Shown here: piece by piece, positions 23,618 to 36,042 of the stretch
Layout of the letters: every line of letters starts with the position of its first letter
Numbering within the stretch: the first letter of the stretch is position 1
NCBI GenBank assembly: GCA_021432655.1
Contig: MU271631.1
Span: 1 to 37,436 of the forward strand
Length of the DNA stretch: 37,436 bases
Direction of reading: 5' to 3'
Origin: Atractiella rhizophila
Lineage: Eukaryota
Position numbers and translations under genes: made by a program
Notes under the pieces: generated by a model
Databases searched by the model: none
Told to the model about the DNA's origin: nothing
Seen by the model: the letters and a program-made list of their open reading frames with translations, nothing else

Positions 23618-26386
23618 GTTGGCTAGAGCTGCCCTTCAACCGCATGGTAAAGCAGCGTGTGCACAATAAATACGATATTCAGAACCAACATATCGCTCAC
23701 TATTCATATTGTCAACCTGGGTAAGCTGATCGTCAGGGAATCAACATCTAGTTCTATGTTCTGAAGGACAAGATGTGATAGATGGAATGACAGTCGAGGC
23801 AGGCAATAGACAGATGTTCTAGAAAGGTGCAGAAGTTGAAGAGAGAACAAATCGTCGTTCGATATTGGAGGGACCAAAGTGAGCGGTCATGATGCCAAAA
23901 TCCGAACAAGTGTCGATCACCCAACTCTTTTATCGTCAATCCTGCAGATCCTTCCCCTCCCTCTATCAGAGCCATCGATATATACATTATCAATAGACCT
24001 CCAACGTCAGCTTGACTGCAGCAGACCCCAGCTCGCTTATGCTGACGCTTATAAGTTTTTCGGCGCTTCCACAACTGCAAGAGTCTTTTTGCGAGGAAGT
24101 GGAAACGGGGTCGTGATTTTATTTGACAGCGTTTATTCCTCTGGGAACATCTACACTGAGGCATCTGTATGATGGAGGGAGAGGTGTGATATCTACTGTC
24201 CATGAGGCGAGAAAGGCGAGTCCTGATCTTTTCATGCCAGGTTTTGGGGCGTCAACGCTCGAAGGAGTCTCTATCTTCCCCATCAGACACACCAACACCC
24301 ACACCGCTACCCACGCCTCCAGCATGTAACGCTAGTCCTCCCTTCGCGTCATCTACTCCTTCCCTCGCATCCTCATCGACCCCAACTCCAAAGCTCCAAC
24401 CCGTCCCTTCCGCCTCAGAATCGTTCTCCATCACCCTCGTCGGCCCTTCCTCCATCTCCTCGCCATCCCGCTCCCGCTCCCGGACGCCAGTCACTTCATC
24501 TCTCCTCTCACCAGCGTCGGAGAATGCACAGGTGCTCAACATCACCTCTAAATTTTACAGCAAGATAACGATCGAGCCTTCCTCCTCTTCTCCCCTCGCC
24601 GCCTCCCTCACTTCCTCCTCCTCCTCCTCCCCATCCTCCTCTCCATCTCCATTCTCAAAATCTAGGGGATATGAGCGACCACTATCCCGTACGACAATGA
24701 GGACAAGGGCACCATCAACGTCCTGGAGCGTTAGGTCAGGTTGTTCGAACCGAAGTCAATCATCAGGATATGCCGACTACGAGACCTCAAGTCAAGGCAC
24801 CTCCTCTCCCTCCGTCTCCCCATTCTCTTCTCCACGTTCCTCCTCACCCCCTCCACTCAAGCCACTGAAGCGGACACCACTCCAACAGAAGCTAGAGACG
24901 TATGCGCTGCTCAATAATTATTTGCCGCTGGAGGAGGATGTGGATTGGGCTTGGAGAGCTTATGATTTTAGGGAGAGGGAGGAGGGGGAGAGGGAAGTTG
25001 GCTAGAGCTGCCCTTCAACCGCATGGTAAAGCAGCGTGTGCACAATAAATACGATATTCAGAACCAACATATCGCTCACTATTCATATTGTCAACCTGGG
25101 TAAGCTGATCGTCAGGGAATCAACATCTAGTTCTATGTTCTGAAGGACAAGATGTGATAGATGGAATGACAGTCGAGGCAGGCAATAGACAGATGTTCTA
25201 GAAAGGTGCAGAAGTTGAAGAGAGAACAAATCGTCGTTCGATATTGGAGGGACCAAAGTGAGCGGTCATGATGCCAAAATCCGAACAAGTGTCGATCACC
25301 CAACTCTTTTATCGTCAATCCTGCAGATCCTTCCCCTCCCTCTATCAGAGCCATCGATATATACATTATCAATAGACCTCCAACGTCAGCTTGACTGCAG
25401 CAGACCCCAGCTCGCTTATGCTGACGCTTATAAGTTTTTCGGCGCTTCCACAACTGCAAGAGTCTTTTTGCGAGGAAGTGGAAACGGGGTCGTGATTTTA
25501 TTTGACAGCGTTTATTCCTCTGGGAACATCTACACTGAGGCATCTGTATGATGGAGGGAGAGGTGTGATATCTACTGTCCATGAGGCGAGAAAGCGAGAA
25601 AGGCGAGTCCTGATCTTTTCATGCCAGGTTTTGGTGCGTCAACGCTCGAAGGAGTCTCTATCTTCCCCATCAGACACACCAACACCCACACCGCTACCCA
25701 CGCCTCCAGCATGTAACGCTAGTCCTCCCTTCGCGTCATCTACTCCTTCCCTCGCATCCTCATCGACCCCAACTCCAAAGCTCCAACCCGTCCCTTCCGC
25801 CTCAGAATCGTTCTCCATCACCCTCGTCGGCCCTTCCTCCATCTCCTCGCCATCCCGCTCCCGCTCCCGGACGCCAGTCACTTCATCTCTCCTCTCACCA
25901 GCGTCGGAGAATGCACAGGTGCTCAACATCACCTCTAAATTTTACAGCAAGATAACGATCGAGCCTTCCTCCTCTTCTCCCCTCGCCGCCTCCCTCACTT
26001 CCTCCTCCTCCTCATCCCCATCCTCCTCTCCATCTCCATTCTCAAAATCTAGGGGATATGAGCGACCACTATCCCGTACGACAATGAGGACAAGGGCACC
26101 ATCAACGTCCTGGAGCGTTAGGTCAGGTTGTTCGAACCGAAGTCAATTATCAGGATCTGCCGACTACGAGACCTCAAGTCAAGGCACCTCCTCTCCTTCC
26201 GTCTCCCCATTCTCTTCTCCACGTTCCTCCTCACCCCCTCCACTCAAGCCACTGAAGCGGACGCCGCTCCAACAGAAGCTAGAGACGTATGCGCTGCTCA
26301 ATAATTATTTGCCGCTGGAGGAGGATGTGGATTGGGCTTGGAGAGCTTATGATTTTAGGGAGAGGGAGGAGGGGGAGAGGGACGTT
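23618..26386 (+). repeat. Direct tandem duplication with a 1379-bp unit (copy 1 23618-24996, copy 2 24997-~26386)
   Basis: Identical 149-aa and 97-aa ORFs recur at offset 1379. Copy 2 has an extra 8 bp (GCGAGAAA near 25594) and a handful of substitutions. GTT is shared at the junction. Confidence 0.97.
23879..25005 (+). CDS. Ser/Pro-rich hypothetical protein, copy 1, C-terminally truncated by the duplication junction; true start uncertain
   Basis: The exon ..YADAYKFFGASTTARVFLRG..YTEAS can splice (GTATGA..CCAG) in phase to VLGRQRSKESLSSP. It ends EGEREVG* where copy 2 begins. Confidence 0.5.
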
Positions 26387-26515
26387 CAGCCCGTTAGAAG
26401 GAAGAGTAAGAGGGAGAGGGAGAGGAAGGGTGTTCATGTCAGTCTTAATTTCTCTACTGATGGGATTGAATTTGATGTTTTTGGGTTGGATAGAGGAAGA
26501 GACCACGAGCTGTAG
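25258..26515 (+). CDS. Ser/Pro-rich hypothetical protein, copy 2 with native C-terminus; true start uncertain
   Basis: Same exons as copy 1, continuing DVQPVRRKSKRERERKG..RDHEL* to 26515. Confidence 0.55.
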
Positions 26516-26868
26516 ATAAGCCTCCGCAGGTGGTTGGTGAAACGCGGCCGGATTGAGCGTCTAGGTACGATCGTGGTCCAGCAACCAGGAAATGATGCAA
26601 CTCCTTATTTGATTTTTACAATTTCTAGCGCAAATTTTTATTGTTATTAGTTTCGACATACAGTATCGTTTCGATCGTCTGCTGTGTTGGTTTCGGTTTG
26701 GGATTGAGTGGGCTGGAATTGATGATGCGGTGATATTTTACGAGACCTTTCTGTGTCTTCATTTTCAGTCGTCAGTGCTCATTCAAAACTACCCTCTGTC
26801 TGTTGTACACTTGCACACGATGAAATCTGATGACAAAGCCAATCCTGAATGCCAAGGCCCAATCCTCG

Positions 26869-27668
26869 TTATCGCTACAACCCAAATAATCAACAGTTTG
26901 TCAATTAGAATTGAAGTAAGTAGCATACCTCTAACAAATCATGAATCCTCAACTTCGACGTCCCTTCCTCCTCTTCCATCTTCACGTCTTCTGTCCCCTT
27001 TTCCTTCTTCGGGGCGCTAGGAGAACCAGACTCCTCGTCGTCCGAATCGTACAGGAGCGTGGGAGGCAGCCGTTTCGCCCCAGACGCGTAGTCGGCAGCG
27101 TAGATTTGGTCGAGGATTAGACTTTGACGAACGAAGAGAGAGAGGGAATTAGATTATATCGGTATGATAAGGGGGAGGAAGGACGTACTCGATTTCGTTC
27201 TGCAATAGGGCACATTTCGCCTCTTTGGATTCTAACTCCTTCCTCTTCCTCTCATGCTCCTGACCACACGTGAACTGTCAGTTTATTTCTCATCCATGCA
27301 AATCCAAATCTTGAGGATGGAGAAAGACTAGCTCATGGGGAGATTGAAAGGAGACTGACCTCGAAAACGACGTGATACTGTTTCTGCAGCTCAGCATATT
27401 TCGCCTTCAACCTGTTCCTCGACACAATATCAGGCTTCGGTCCAGGCCCATACACGACCTTCCCACTCCCGCTTCCGCTCGCTTCTGCAGCCTGTGGACG
27501 CGATGTCACCGCTTGAGGTTGAGGCACCGTGCTCGTGCTCGCGGTCGCGTTCCCAGTCCCAGCCCCGTTCGTATTTCCAGTTGGTCGTTCAACCTGGTCC
27601 ATTGATACGTCCTCCCCTTCTTCGTCTTGATAGGCATTGTAGCCTTGCGTTGAGCCTTCTTGAGACAT
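26869..27668 (-). CDS. Small coiled-coil nuclear protein, INO80E/Iec3-like
   Basis: Spliced RLKAKYAELQKQYHVVFE|EHERKRKELESKEAKCALLQNEI|xLILDQIYAAD resembles the KY..L.....EH......L......LLD helix of INO80 subunit E. Acidic tail. The stop is at 26869 if a last GTATGC..TAG intron is spliced, otherwise 26905. Confidence 0.6.
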
Positions 27669-28659
27669 TTAGATGTGCTTGAAGCCAGAACCCAGTAGGC
27701 TGTCACGACAGTGCTGGAGCGGGAGAAAGGAGGAAAAAAGGTTCGAAGTGTGAGAACAAGGTTCCCCTGGAAACAAGGGAAATGCGGACACTAAATCACG
27801 GGACTAAAACCGTTGTATTGTCACAACATCCAAAAGACGAGATTTGCAGCAACAACGCTGATGGAAATGCTGTGGACGAGGCATGAAAGCCTTACATCCC
27901 ACTTTGCTTGTTCTGCCGATGGAGATTCCAAAGGCAGCGGAGGCGTTCCGACGCGAGAAACGGTCATCCTGCTTTCTTCCGCCTTACCAAGCCTTTTTCA
28001 ACCATTGTCTTCATTGAAGGTCTGAATGTGCCTCCGCATCTGTAAATGCGCTTACTTGGAGAAGGGATATGAGTTTCCCTTGGGACGAGCCACGGTCAAA
28101 AGCTGACCAAAAGTGCAGTCATGAATTGAGCCGACAGAATGGCTCGATCTCATGCCGTTTGCACCGGATGCCGTATCTCTGGCTCACGTTTCCGCTGTCT
28201 TTTTCCATCATGTGTCAGCGTGTCAGCAGTCGTCGGGTTAGGCGGGAATCCCGTTCCAGGATTGCTTGGGTGCGATGTCGCATCATGTAGGTGCTCAAGG
28301 AGGCGTGCAGTATCTCCCGCGCTCTTCACCGGATTCCTGCTTCGTTGTCTGTTCCTCAATTGATTGGTAAACTGCATTTGGGGACGCCAAGGAGCAGGTG
28401 GGATGCTTGCCAAGATGTCACATCCAAAGAAAACAGTGAAAAGTCGAATGACCTCGGGCACATCGTCCCTCTTCGCCTAGCTCTTCTGCTTCATTTATCC
28501 TAGTTGAGTATTTTACGACACCAAGCATTCAGGTCTTGTTTTCCAGCGGACCAAACGACATAAAATACGCCTGCTTCCTCAAGAGCCATTCCTCATTCCA
28601 GCTTTTCCTATCTTCACACATCCTAGCATCATATCAGTTATTCTTCAACAATCCTCAAC

Positions 28660-29936
28660 ATGAAGGTCGCAAACACACTCCCTCTCTTCGCCTTTGCGCT
28701 CACAGCTCAAGCATTTCCCAGTCCAAATCCCAACTTCATCTCAAACGTCAAACGGGCAAGCCACGTCGGTGCATCAGCCATCAAAGCCTTGCACTCACAC
28801 TCACAGTCGCGCCGGGACCCCGATGGTGCTGGAGAACTTCCGTTTGGCTATAGTGGCGTGACTGGCCCTCTGAACTGGGCGAATCTGAACGCGAACAACA
28901 CGCTTTGCAGCACTGGTCAGAACCAGTCGCCTACGAATATCGCCACGGATGAAAGCGAATGGGCACTTACCACCCAGCTCAATCTCATCGATAGCATTAA
29001 GAGAAAAATCACGTATGATGGGTTGACGATCGAATTAGATGAAGAACCCGAAGGAGAGGAGAGGACACAAGCAGTTTTTAATGGCGAGGTAACACTCTGC
29101 TTTTTCTATCTTGAGACTGTGGGCATTTATAAATTTTGCCATAGCTTTATACCCTCGCTCAATGGCACCACCATACTCCTTCCGAACACAGAATTAACGA
29201 CAGTAAGTTCTCCGTTACCTCTCTAGCTCCTACCATCCTCTCCCTGATATAACTAACCACCTGACGCAGTGCACTATCCCATGGAAATTCACTTCGTTTT
29301 CCGCACCGCTGATACTCGTGCGCTTTGCTTTTCTCTCTGCACCACAAGTGTATCTAATTCTGCTCCCGCTTGTTGGAATGGTAGCACCCAAATCCGCCGT
29401 CCTAGGCTTTGTCGTTGAGCTGTCTAATGGGCCAGGCGATGCAGTATTCCAAGCTATTGAACCGTACCTATCATCCTTGGGAGAGATTGATTCAGAAGCC
29501 GAGATTGAAGCCCTCGATTATTCGTCAGTCTTTATCTCGCTGTTACAAACTAATCCTGATTTCGCTCCATGTATAGGGGCCTGAGGAAAGCCTTCGTTGA
29601 AAGCACCATTTTCACTTATGCTGGATCCTTGACCACACCCCCATGCTCTGAGGTGCGTTTCGTTTCCCTTTACCACTTTAACTTGGCGTGAATTTGTTCC
29701 CGTGGAAAGGGTGTCTCTTGGTACGTCGTCGACAAGCCGCTCGAGATCTCGGTCGATCAATACCTCGCCTACAAGAGCATCCTCAAATTCAACTCCAGGT
29801 AAGCATCTCACTGGCTCTAACAGAGGAGGCAGTAATCCCTTCTTCATATAGGATCACTCAATCCGACGTGGTGTACGGAAAAAGGGAGAGCGGAAACCTC
29901 CTTAACGATGTAGGATGTCAGTTACAATTCGCCTAA
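28660..29936 (+). CDS. Secreted alpha-class carbonic anhydrase, multi-exon
   Basis: Signal peptide MKVANTLPLFAFALTAQA, FGYSGVTGPLNW, CSTGQNQSPTNI, zinc-ligand segments QWHHHTPSEH and EIHFV, YAGSLTTPPCSEGVSW, and KFNSR. Confidence 0.93.
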
Positions 29937-30532
29937 GTCAATGACTCTTCGTGTATGAGAATGCTGGATTTCTGTACTTGCTTGAGAGACACCTTCATGG
30001 AGGATTGGATGGACTATTTTGATACTACCTTGGAATAATGATGACCTCCCTCTTTAGTACTTTTTTACCCAGTTCATTTTCGGAAATCACGACTCGCTGA
30101 TAGATTTCTATGGGAGAGAAAAGTTCTGAAAGATGAAACGGTACTGATCGTAATAAAGTGATAATCTGGCACTTTGATTACATTCCGTCGTCTTTGACCT
30201 GAGGTGGAACGAAGCCATTCTTATTAACGCATGCAATGGAGCCATTGGACTTCAGCGAAGATCAAGTGACACTCACCTTTGCCTCCATCTCAGACAATCC
30301 TGTTGACCAAGAACCGAGACTGAATCGACAATGCCGGAAAGAACTTCTGCTTCCGGCCGAGCTCTTTGCCAGTGGATCGGATGGGTTAACCTCATGATGC
30401 AAACGCTATCACTGCGTTTCTCCTACATCTTCTCTTTTCGGCAAAATTACCGTCTGTCTGTGAGTGCTGAAGAAGAGGCAGCTCGGAAGTTGCTCACGGT
30501 CCATTGTCGATTCATTCCCCATCGCAAATGTT

Positions 30533-32154
30533 ATGAGCTCAGACGCTGGTCCTGTCTTCCAGTTGCCTCCAGGCACTCATGTGAGCATTGCTGTCTTCAC
30601 AGATGCTGTGCGCTGTCTTATCTGCGCTTGTAGGTGGGAGGTAGCCAGCTCCTTGCAAGCTTGTTGGGAGGCTTTATATCTTGCTTGATGCTCGGAGTGA
30701 TCTTGCAGCTTGCTGGTCGCTACTTTCGATACTTCAAAGGCAAACGCTTTTTTGTGATGAAGGCAGTGGTCCTGTTCGTGGCCTGCTGTGAAACTACATT
30801 CATTATTACAATTATCCTGAGGGTAAGTTTTTACGGTTTAAATCCCTTCTCATTTTGCATGTTGATGTCTACTTTAGCTATGCCTCCTTCACGCCATCCG
30901 ATGGGGTGATTTCGTCTACATTATGAACCCAGGGGATCGAGGCGTATCTATGGCATCAGGGATAACATCTGTGTTGCTTCAGTCACAGTGCCAGCTGTTC
31001 CTTTGCTACCGTTTGCAGCTTATGTTTCAGAATAGAAGTGCTGAACTGACGCAATATTAGGTGGTTGGCAAATAAGCAAGATTATCAAATGGCATCGATT
31101 GTGGTTAAACATCACCCTCTCACTTACACTGTTTGGCGTGGTTGTAGGCTTTGTTCTTGGCTTGTCACAGACGATTATCGCCGTATTCCACGCTGGTGTG
31201 ATCCATCGTACGAATACCTATGCAGCCGTGCTCCTTGCTTGGCTGTCCCTGTCGTTAGCAGTCGATTTCAGCTTGTGCTTTTTTCTCATCATGGAACTTC
31301 GACACGTCAATAAATCCTTAATCTCCCCATCTAGTCGCATTCGTTTCACGCTCGACAACGCCATAACGTTTATCATCTACAGCGGACTCCTTATTCTGTC
31401 GACCCAGTTGGTCACTCTGGGATTAGCCATCTGGGAGCATGGGCAACCAGTGGGTAGTTCACAATGGAGCCTCTTATTCTTGGTTCTGCTCCCGTCGATA
31501 TACGCCTTCTCGTTCCTCGTAATCCTTCTAGGTTCTCAACTGCCGTCGGGACTTTCTCAAAAGGACGCCGAGTCGAGGGAACTTCCGGAGCGAAGAACAG
31601 AAGCTACCAATCGTGTCAGACCTAGCAGCACCATGTTTCCTGAATCTGGTTACACTCCTTGGTCACGCGCATTGGATCAAGGAGTCCCTCCACTTCCTTC
31701 GCACAATCAACCTCGGACACCTCCAGACGCGCCAACTTCGACTAATTTTGGGATGGGAAGGGGAATTTCGAAGTACTTCAAGGATGAGAAAAGTGAGCCT
31801 CCTGTATTTTAATTCCTATAAAAGCTAATGTGCTGGATCAGGTCAGAACTCGTTTTCTAGTCCGACGAACTATGGCGATGGACGATCAGGGCCGTTTACA
31901 AGTGAGGAATCAAATTCGAATGATGAAACGAGCAAAAAGCGGATCTCATTGCTCTCTGGACGCAACGGACCAATTTCTCAACACCGGCAAGTCGATCTTC
32001 CAATTCCAGTGAGCTTTGTAGGCTCTATAGACGAGGACGAGGAGGTTCCACGGACGAGGTGAGTACATCCTGACTTCCCATCCGCGTAACTGATGCATGG
32101 CTAAACAGAAAAACGCTGGATGATCGACAGAGCAATGGCAACCGAATAGTATAG
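30533..32154 (+). CDS. Multi-pass membrane protein, basidiomycete DUF6534-like, with a cytosolic low-complexity tail
   Basis: MSSDAGPVFQLPPGTH|VGGSQLLASLLGGFISCLMLGVILQLAGRYF.. WLSLSLAVDFSLCFFLIMELR..LDNAITFIIYSGLL. Two further introns after KDEK and VPRTR extend the frame to TAG at 32152-32154. Confidence 0.72.
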
Positions 32155-32553
32155 CAAAGGATAGAGAACTGTTTATAGCCTTACCTTGAAAGGATTGTTT
32201 ATTCACTTCGTCAAAGCCAGCGAACTCGGACTCGAATGTTAGGTGACTGAATGTATCGTGCAGGCGCTTTGTAGCATTCGGCAAGCTTCCCCCTATTGCA
32301 AGGCGTACGGAGAAGTCTGAGACTACACAATGCCTGATACTCCTTGTTGTCCTTATTTCCTTGCTCCTTGACCGCGAATGGACAAGCAGCAGACAAGAAC
32401 TGCTCACTTCACAACTTCTCGCACGGTGACGATCGCACATACCTTCTTTCAGCAAGGTATAAAACCCAATCGTCGACTCCAAATCTCTACATCCAATTGA
32501 GCACCCAAAGAGATCTCCCTCATACCTCCCTAGATCAATAGAGACAAACCACG

Positions 32554-32811
32554 ATGGTTCTTTCGCCTCCACGGCCAATACGGACAGCCAAAGAAATATA
32601 CTTTTCGGACACGCTGAAGGAAAATCCTAACGCGGATTTGAAGGGAATACAAACGCATTGGAACCTTTTGACGTTCGATGCGAAGTATGGAAAAGATGCA
32701 GCCGTGATCCTTTTGGCTGTGTACACAGGAAGAGCCAGGGCGGACGAGGAGAGGTATGGCAGAGAATACGCCGAGTATGAGAAGGAACAACTGAAACGAT
32801 TCAAGGCGTAG
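32554..32811 (+). CDS. Small divergent HMG-box-like protein
   Basis: PPRPIRTAKEIYFSD..KENPNAD....HWNLL..YTGRARADEERYGREYAEY follows the HMG pattern P.RP.SA...F....ENP....W..L...Y...A..D..RY..E..Y. Confidence 0.5.
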   Translation: MVLSPPRPIRTAKEIYFSDTLKENPNADLKGIQTHWNLLTFDAKYGKDAAVILLAVYTGRARADEERYGREYAEYEKEQLKRFKA

Positions 32812-33138
32812 CTGGATGGTAGGGTTCATCATCATTTTTTGTGATTGAAACTAACGCCTTTATAGTGCAGCAGAAGATGAAGTAGGACGAAAAGAGCGAA
32901 ACCACTGTTGTTGTTTGAATTACTTTGTTCCACGACGGATTTCATTCCGCATGCTAACAAAGCTCGGCCATATCTAAAGCCTTGCGAGATCAATGATTCA
33001 TGGAACTCACTTGCTCACCATTGTCTCCTCAACCCTTGATTGTTTCACGTCAGAAGAACTCACCAATGTTTCGCAATCGCTTCTCACTATTCGTGCTTTA
33101 TAGCAACGTTTCTTGGCTTTTAAACATAATAAATTGTT

Positions 33139-33486
33139 CTAATGATGGTTGTTCTCTTCTCCATGCCCATCCTTCCCATGGCCGTTTGCGAAAGGGTGTT
33201 CGATGCCCTACAAGCAACAGGGATTGTTAAGATGAAACAAATGTCTGAGATGAACCAATAAACGTACAAATACAACCTTTCCGTCTTCTCTCAGCCGATA
33301 GAGCAAGAAGAACCACATAGAACCGCCTTCCCCAAAGACTGTCAGAATACTCAACAGCATCGTGACATAAAGCATACCGAGCAGTTTGGCGCTCCAGGTA
33401 TAAAACCGACCAGGAAGGGCAGGGTTAAAGGGGCGAGGACCACGACCGTTCCAGGGTGGTGTATGAGCGTGGGAGCCGTGCGCCAT
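33139..33486 (-). CDS. NADH:ubiquinone oxidoreductase accessory subunit, NDUFB2-like
   Basis: Three exons give MAHGSHAHTPPWNG..FYTWSAKLL|GGSMWFFLLYRLREDGKVVF|GIEHPFANGHGKDGHGEENNHH*, matching the fungal LGxxMWFxxxYRxxxDGxxxxGxxHP pattern. Confidence 0.82.
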
Positions 33487-35406
33487 GTTTGCGAGGTGGT
33501 GTAGAAAGTAGACTTTGCTGTTTCGCTTAATGTAGTGATAATGTAGTGAGATCAGACAGAGACTAAAACCCTCGCATTTCACCACCGTCGATACTTTCAA
33601 CAACCACGACCCTGTATCCAGCTTTTCAATTTAGAGAAGTGCAAGCATGTAGAGAACGGTGGGAGCTTCGTAGGCAGAAATGATATCTAACATTGATTGA
33701 ATTGTTGCAAGGAGAAAGTAGAGTTCCAGGAGTGAGGAAGGATAAGGTCTGTCCCGATTTTGTGGGCTTCGAAGAAATGTAAATGGGGTGCGAAATACAG
33801 CATTTGATTGTTCTATGGCCTCCGTGTCGGGCAAATGCATACTTAGAAGCGGGCTCTGATGAGTATCGCGTATCTCCTGGCGATGTGCTGGCATGTATTC
33901 CTGTCTCGTCCATTCTTACAAAAGGGCGCGAGCATTCGAGCACCCTCATCTCCCTCCGAAGAAGTCTTTCTGACCGCAGTCTATAAATCTTGTAAACTAA
34001 GGGGACATGCACTTTCGAATATCAGTTCGCGTACTTTCTTGTTCTCTCAACTCTGTTTCTCTGTATTCGTGTTTCGCGCTGCGTGATGCTTTGAAGATTG
34101 GTTTTGTCTTGCAGTCAAACAATGTACCGATAACGGACCAGCTATCTTTTGGTATTCGACTCTATTCAAGGTCATGTCGTTCGATGTCCTTTGCAATCTA
34201 GAATCTTGTATTCCTGTCCTGTCTGCCAGTCCATGTGACCTCAGCTTCTTGCTTTGCTCAGGTTTTCGCAACTTATTACCAAAGAAAGGAGTTTTATGAT
34301 CTACTTTTGCCCGATATTTATTTTCTTTCCATCGGGAAACAAATTTCTGCGACCAAATGATGAATTTGCATTCGTCATCCTTATTCATTAGCTATGGGGC
34401 TATATGATGACCGCTATAGCGAGGATGAGAATTATGCAGACTCTGTTGAGGTTTCTGATGGTCGCGTTTTGTAGTCGCCTCTTTCTCCACTGTTTTGCGT
34501 CACTGTAGTAACCTGTTCTGTAAGCATGTACCGCAGTTTTCTTGAAATTGAAATGAATTTGATGTTTTGATGGAATGTACGCGTAATCTATAGTATCTTC
34601 TCTCAGGCTTCAGAGACGTGGGATTGAAGCGATGAAAACGCAGAGTGGCAGAAATTCGGCCTCACGTGCGATTTACTGACTCTTGCTGCCATCACTCTCT
34701 GCAATCTGCAATGATTTTCAAGTCACGAGGTCTTCAAAGAACTGGGAAAGAATGAGCGGAAAACATAAATTGTTCCTTCGAAACGAAATATTATCGCCGT
34801 CCGAAGCTTGAGTGGGTATTTGTAACACGAAACGTTTGGTTTGGACGGGGGAGCCGGCCAGAACTCTTGGTATTAGTAGTGTGCCCCGCCAACTTAGACC
34901 CTTCATTGATCATCTCCAGAGCTTGTTAACCGTCTCCTCCACCATTTTAGTCCTCAATCTTTTCAACTTTTCAACGCGAACTTGAAGCCTGCTCCACCTC
35001 TTCGTGGCCGTGATGACGGCGATCCCTTATTTCGATCTCGGCCTGTCGGCGCTTTCGACGCAGTCGTAACAAAACATACCGTCCATAAATAAGCAGCTGG
35101 CTGCTCGCTCCACAGTCCACTTCTCAAGGACCCGAGTCGTTGAGGAGGAAGTTCAAGTTCACAGCATTTCCCGGGTAACACAGCGAATCAAGAGGAACAA
35201 GTCATCGGCGTCAGTGTCTGACTTGTTCAAATTGAATTCTGTCTTCCCAGCCGAGCATCCCAACTTCCTCCTCCTTCCTTTCCCAACATGCCACCCAGCG
35301 CTCCCAAAGTGTAGCCCCTTCCCACAGTTGCAGTCGACTGAAGCATGCACAACGGATTATTTATCTAGCTAACATTGACAAGTTTGACAAATTTGACAGG
35401 CAGGAA

Positions 35407-36042
35407 TTAGAAGCCTGACTGCACCACTTGGAAGGCGAATGTCTCACCCGCCGGAGTGGCGACCAACCTCCACAAACTTATAAACCGTCCAGTTACCGAA
35501 TTCGGATTGGACAGGATAGGAAATGGAACAGTCGATTTGGATGATGACATTACGGGCCCCTTTTGAGTGCAGGTTCCAATTTGGACGTCCTGGCTCACCC
35601 ACCTACTCATTAACTTACAGCTCTCGATTTCGATCGGTCCTCTTGCATCACGGAACTCCAGCTCCAGCCTCGTTATTGATCTCAAGGGTGGGTACATGTT
35701 CAATTGCTCATCCTCAATCCGTCCGTTCTGGAGCTGAACAGCATAAAGAGCCACTTGATCCTCCGAGCCGATCCTCAGTGGCTCAGCCAGTCGTGAAGTG
35801 GATAACTGAGGCGGTTCGAAATAGGTCGTCAAGATGTCAATCTCCTTCCAGATCCACTTAAAATCCCTCCATCCTCTCCTCTTGAGCGGCATCCCTCGTT
35901 CGTAAACGACCGTCAATCGAGTGCTGGGCGGTTGGTATTTGAGGAGAAGGGTCAAATCGCAGTGGGAAGCTGGGTTAGAAGCTCGAAGGAAATTATCAAT
36001 CGATTCGTGCGCCGTTTTTGCTCTCTTTTTTTCTCGCTCCAT
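35407..36042 (-). CDS. Hypothetical protein (main exon; boundaries uncertain)
   Basis: 211-codon ORF with globular-looking composition, immediately preceded by a CAG acceptor and an upstream GTAAGA donor (~36086). No family recognised. Confidence 0.4.
   Translation of the reverse strand: MEREKKRAKTAHESIDNFLRASNPASHCDLTLLLKYQPPSTRLTVVYERGMPLKRRGWRDFKWIWKEIDILTTYFEPPQLSTSRLAEPLRIGSEDQVALYAVQLQNGRIEDEQLNMYPPLRSITRLELEFRDARGPIEIESCKLMSRWVSQDVQIGTCTQKGPVMSSSKSTVPFPILSNPNSVTGRFISLWRLVATPAGETFAFQVVQSGF

Noticed and set aside
23754..25582. Two identical 149-aa minus-strand ORFs
   Set aside because: Identity is a by-product of the duplication. Splice signals favour the plus-strand gene.
23618..26386. 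Duplication as LTRs or a transposon
   Set aside because: No TG..CA ends, target-site duplication, internal gag/pol or terminal inverted repeats. The copies abut directly.
28069..28503. Cluster of 70-103 aa ORFs upstream of the carbonic anhydrase
   Set aside because: No motif or splice support on either strand.
31946..32578. 210-aa minus-strand ORF
   Set aside because: It overlaps the last exons of the membrane protein gene antisense and has no recognisable domain.
16326..33486. Possible biosynthetic or metabolic gene cluster (hydratase, methyltransferase, glucanase, carbonic anhydrase)
   Set aside because: The genes belong to unrelated housekeeping or secreted functions, and no backbone synthase is present.
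35375..35400. Three TTGACA units in tandem
   Set aside because: A short degenerate micro-repeat. Resemblance to a bacterial -35 box is meaningless in fungal DNA.
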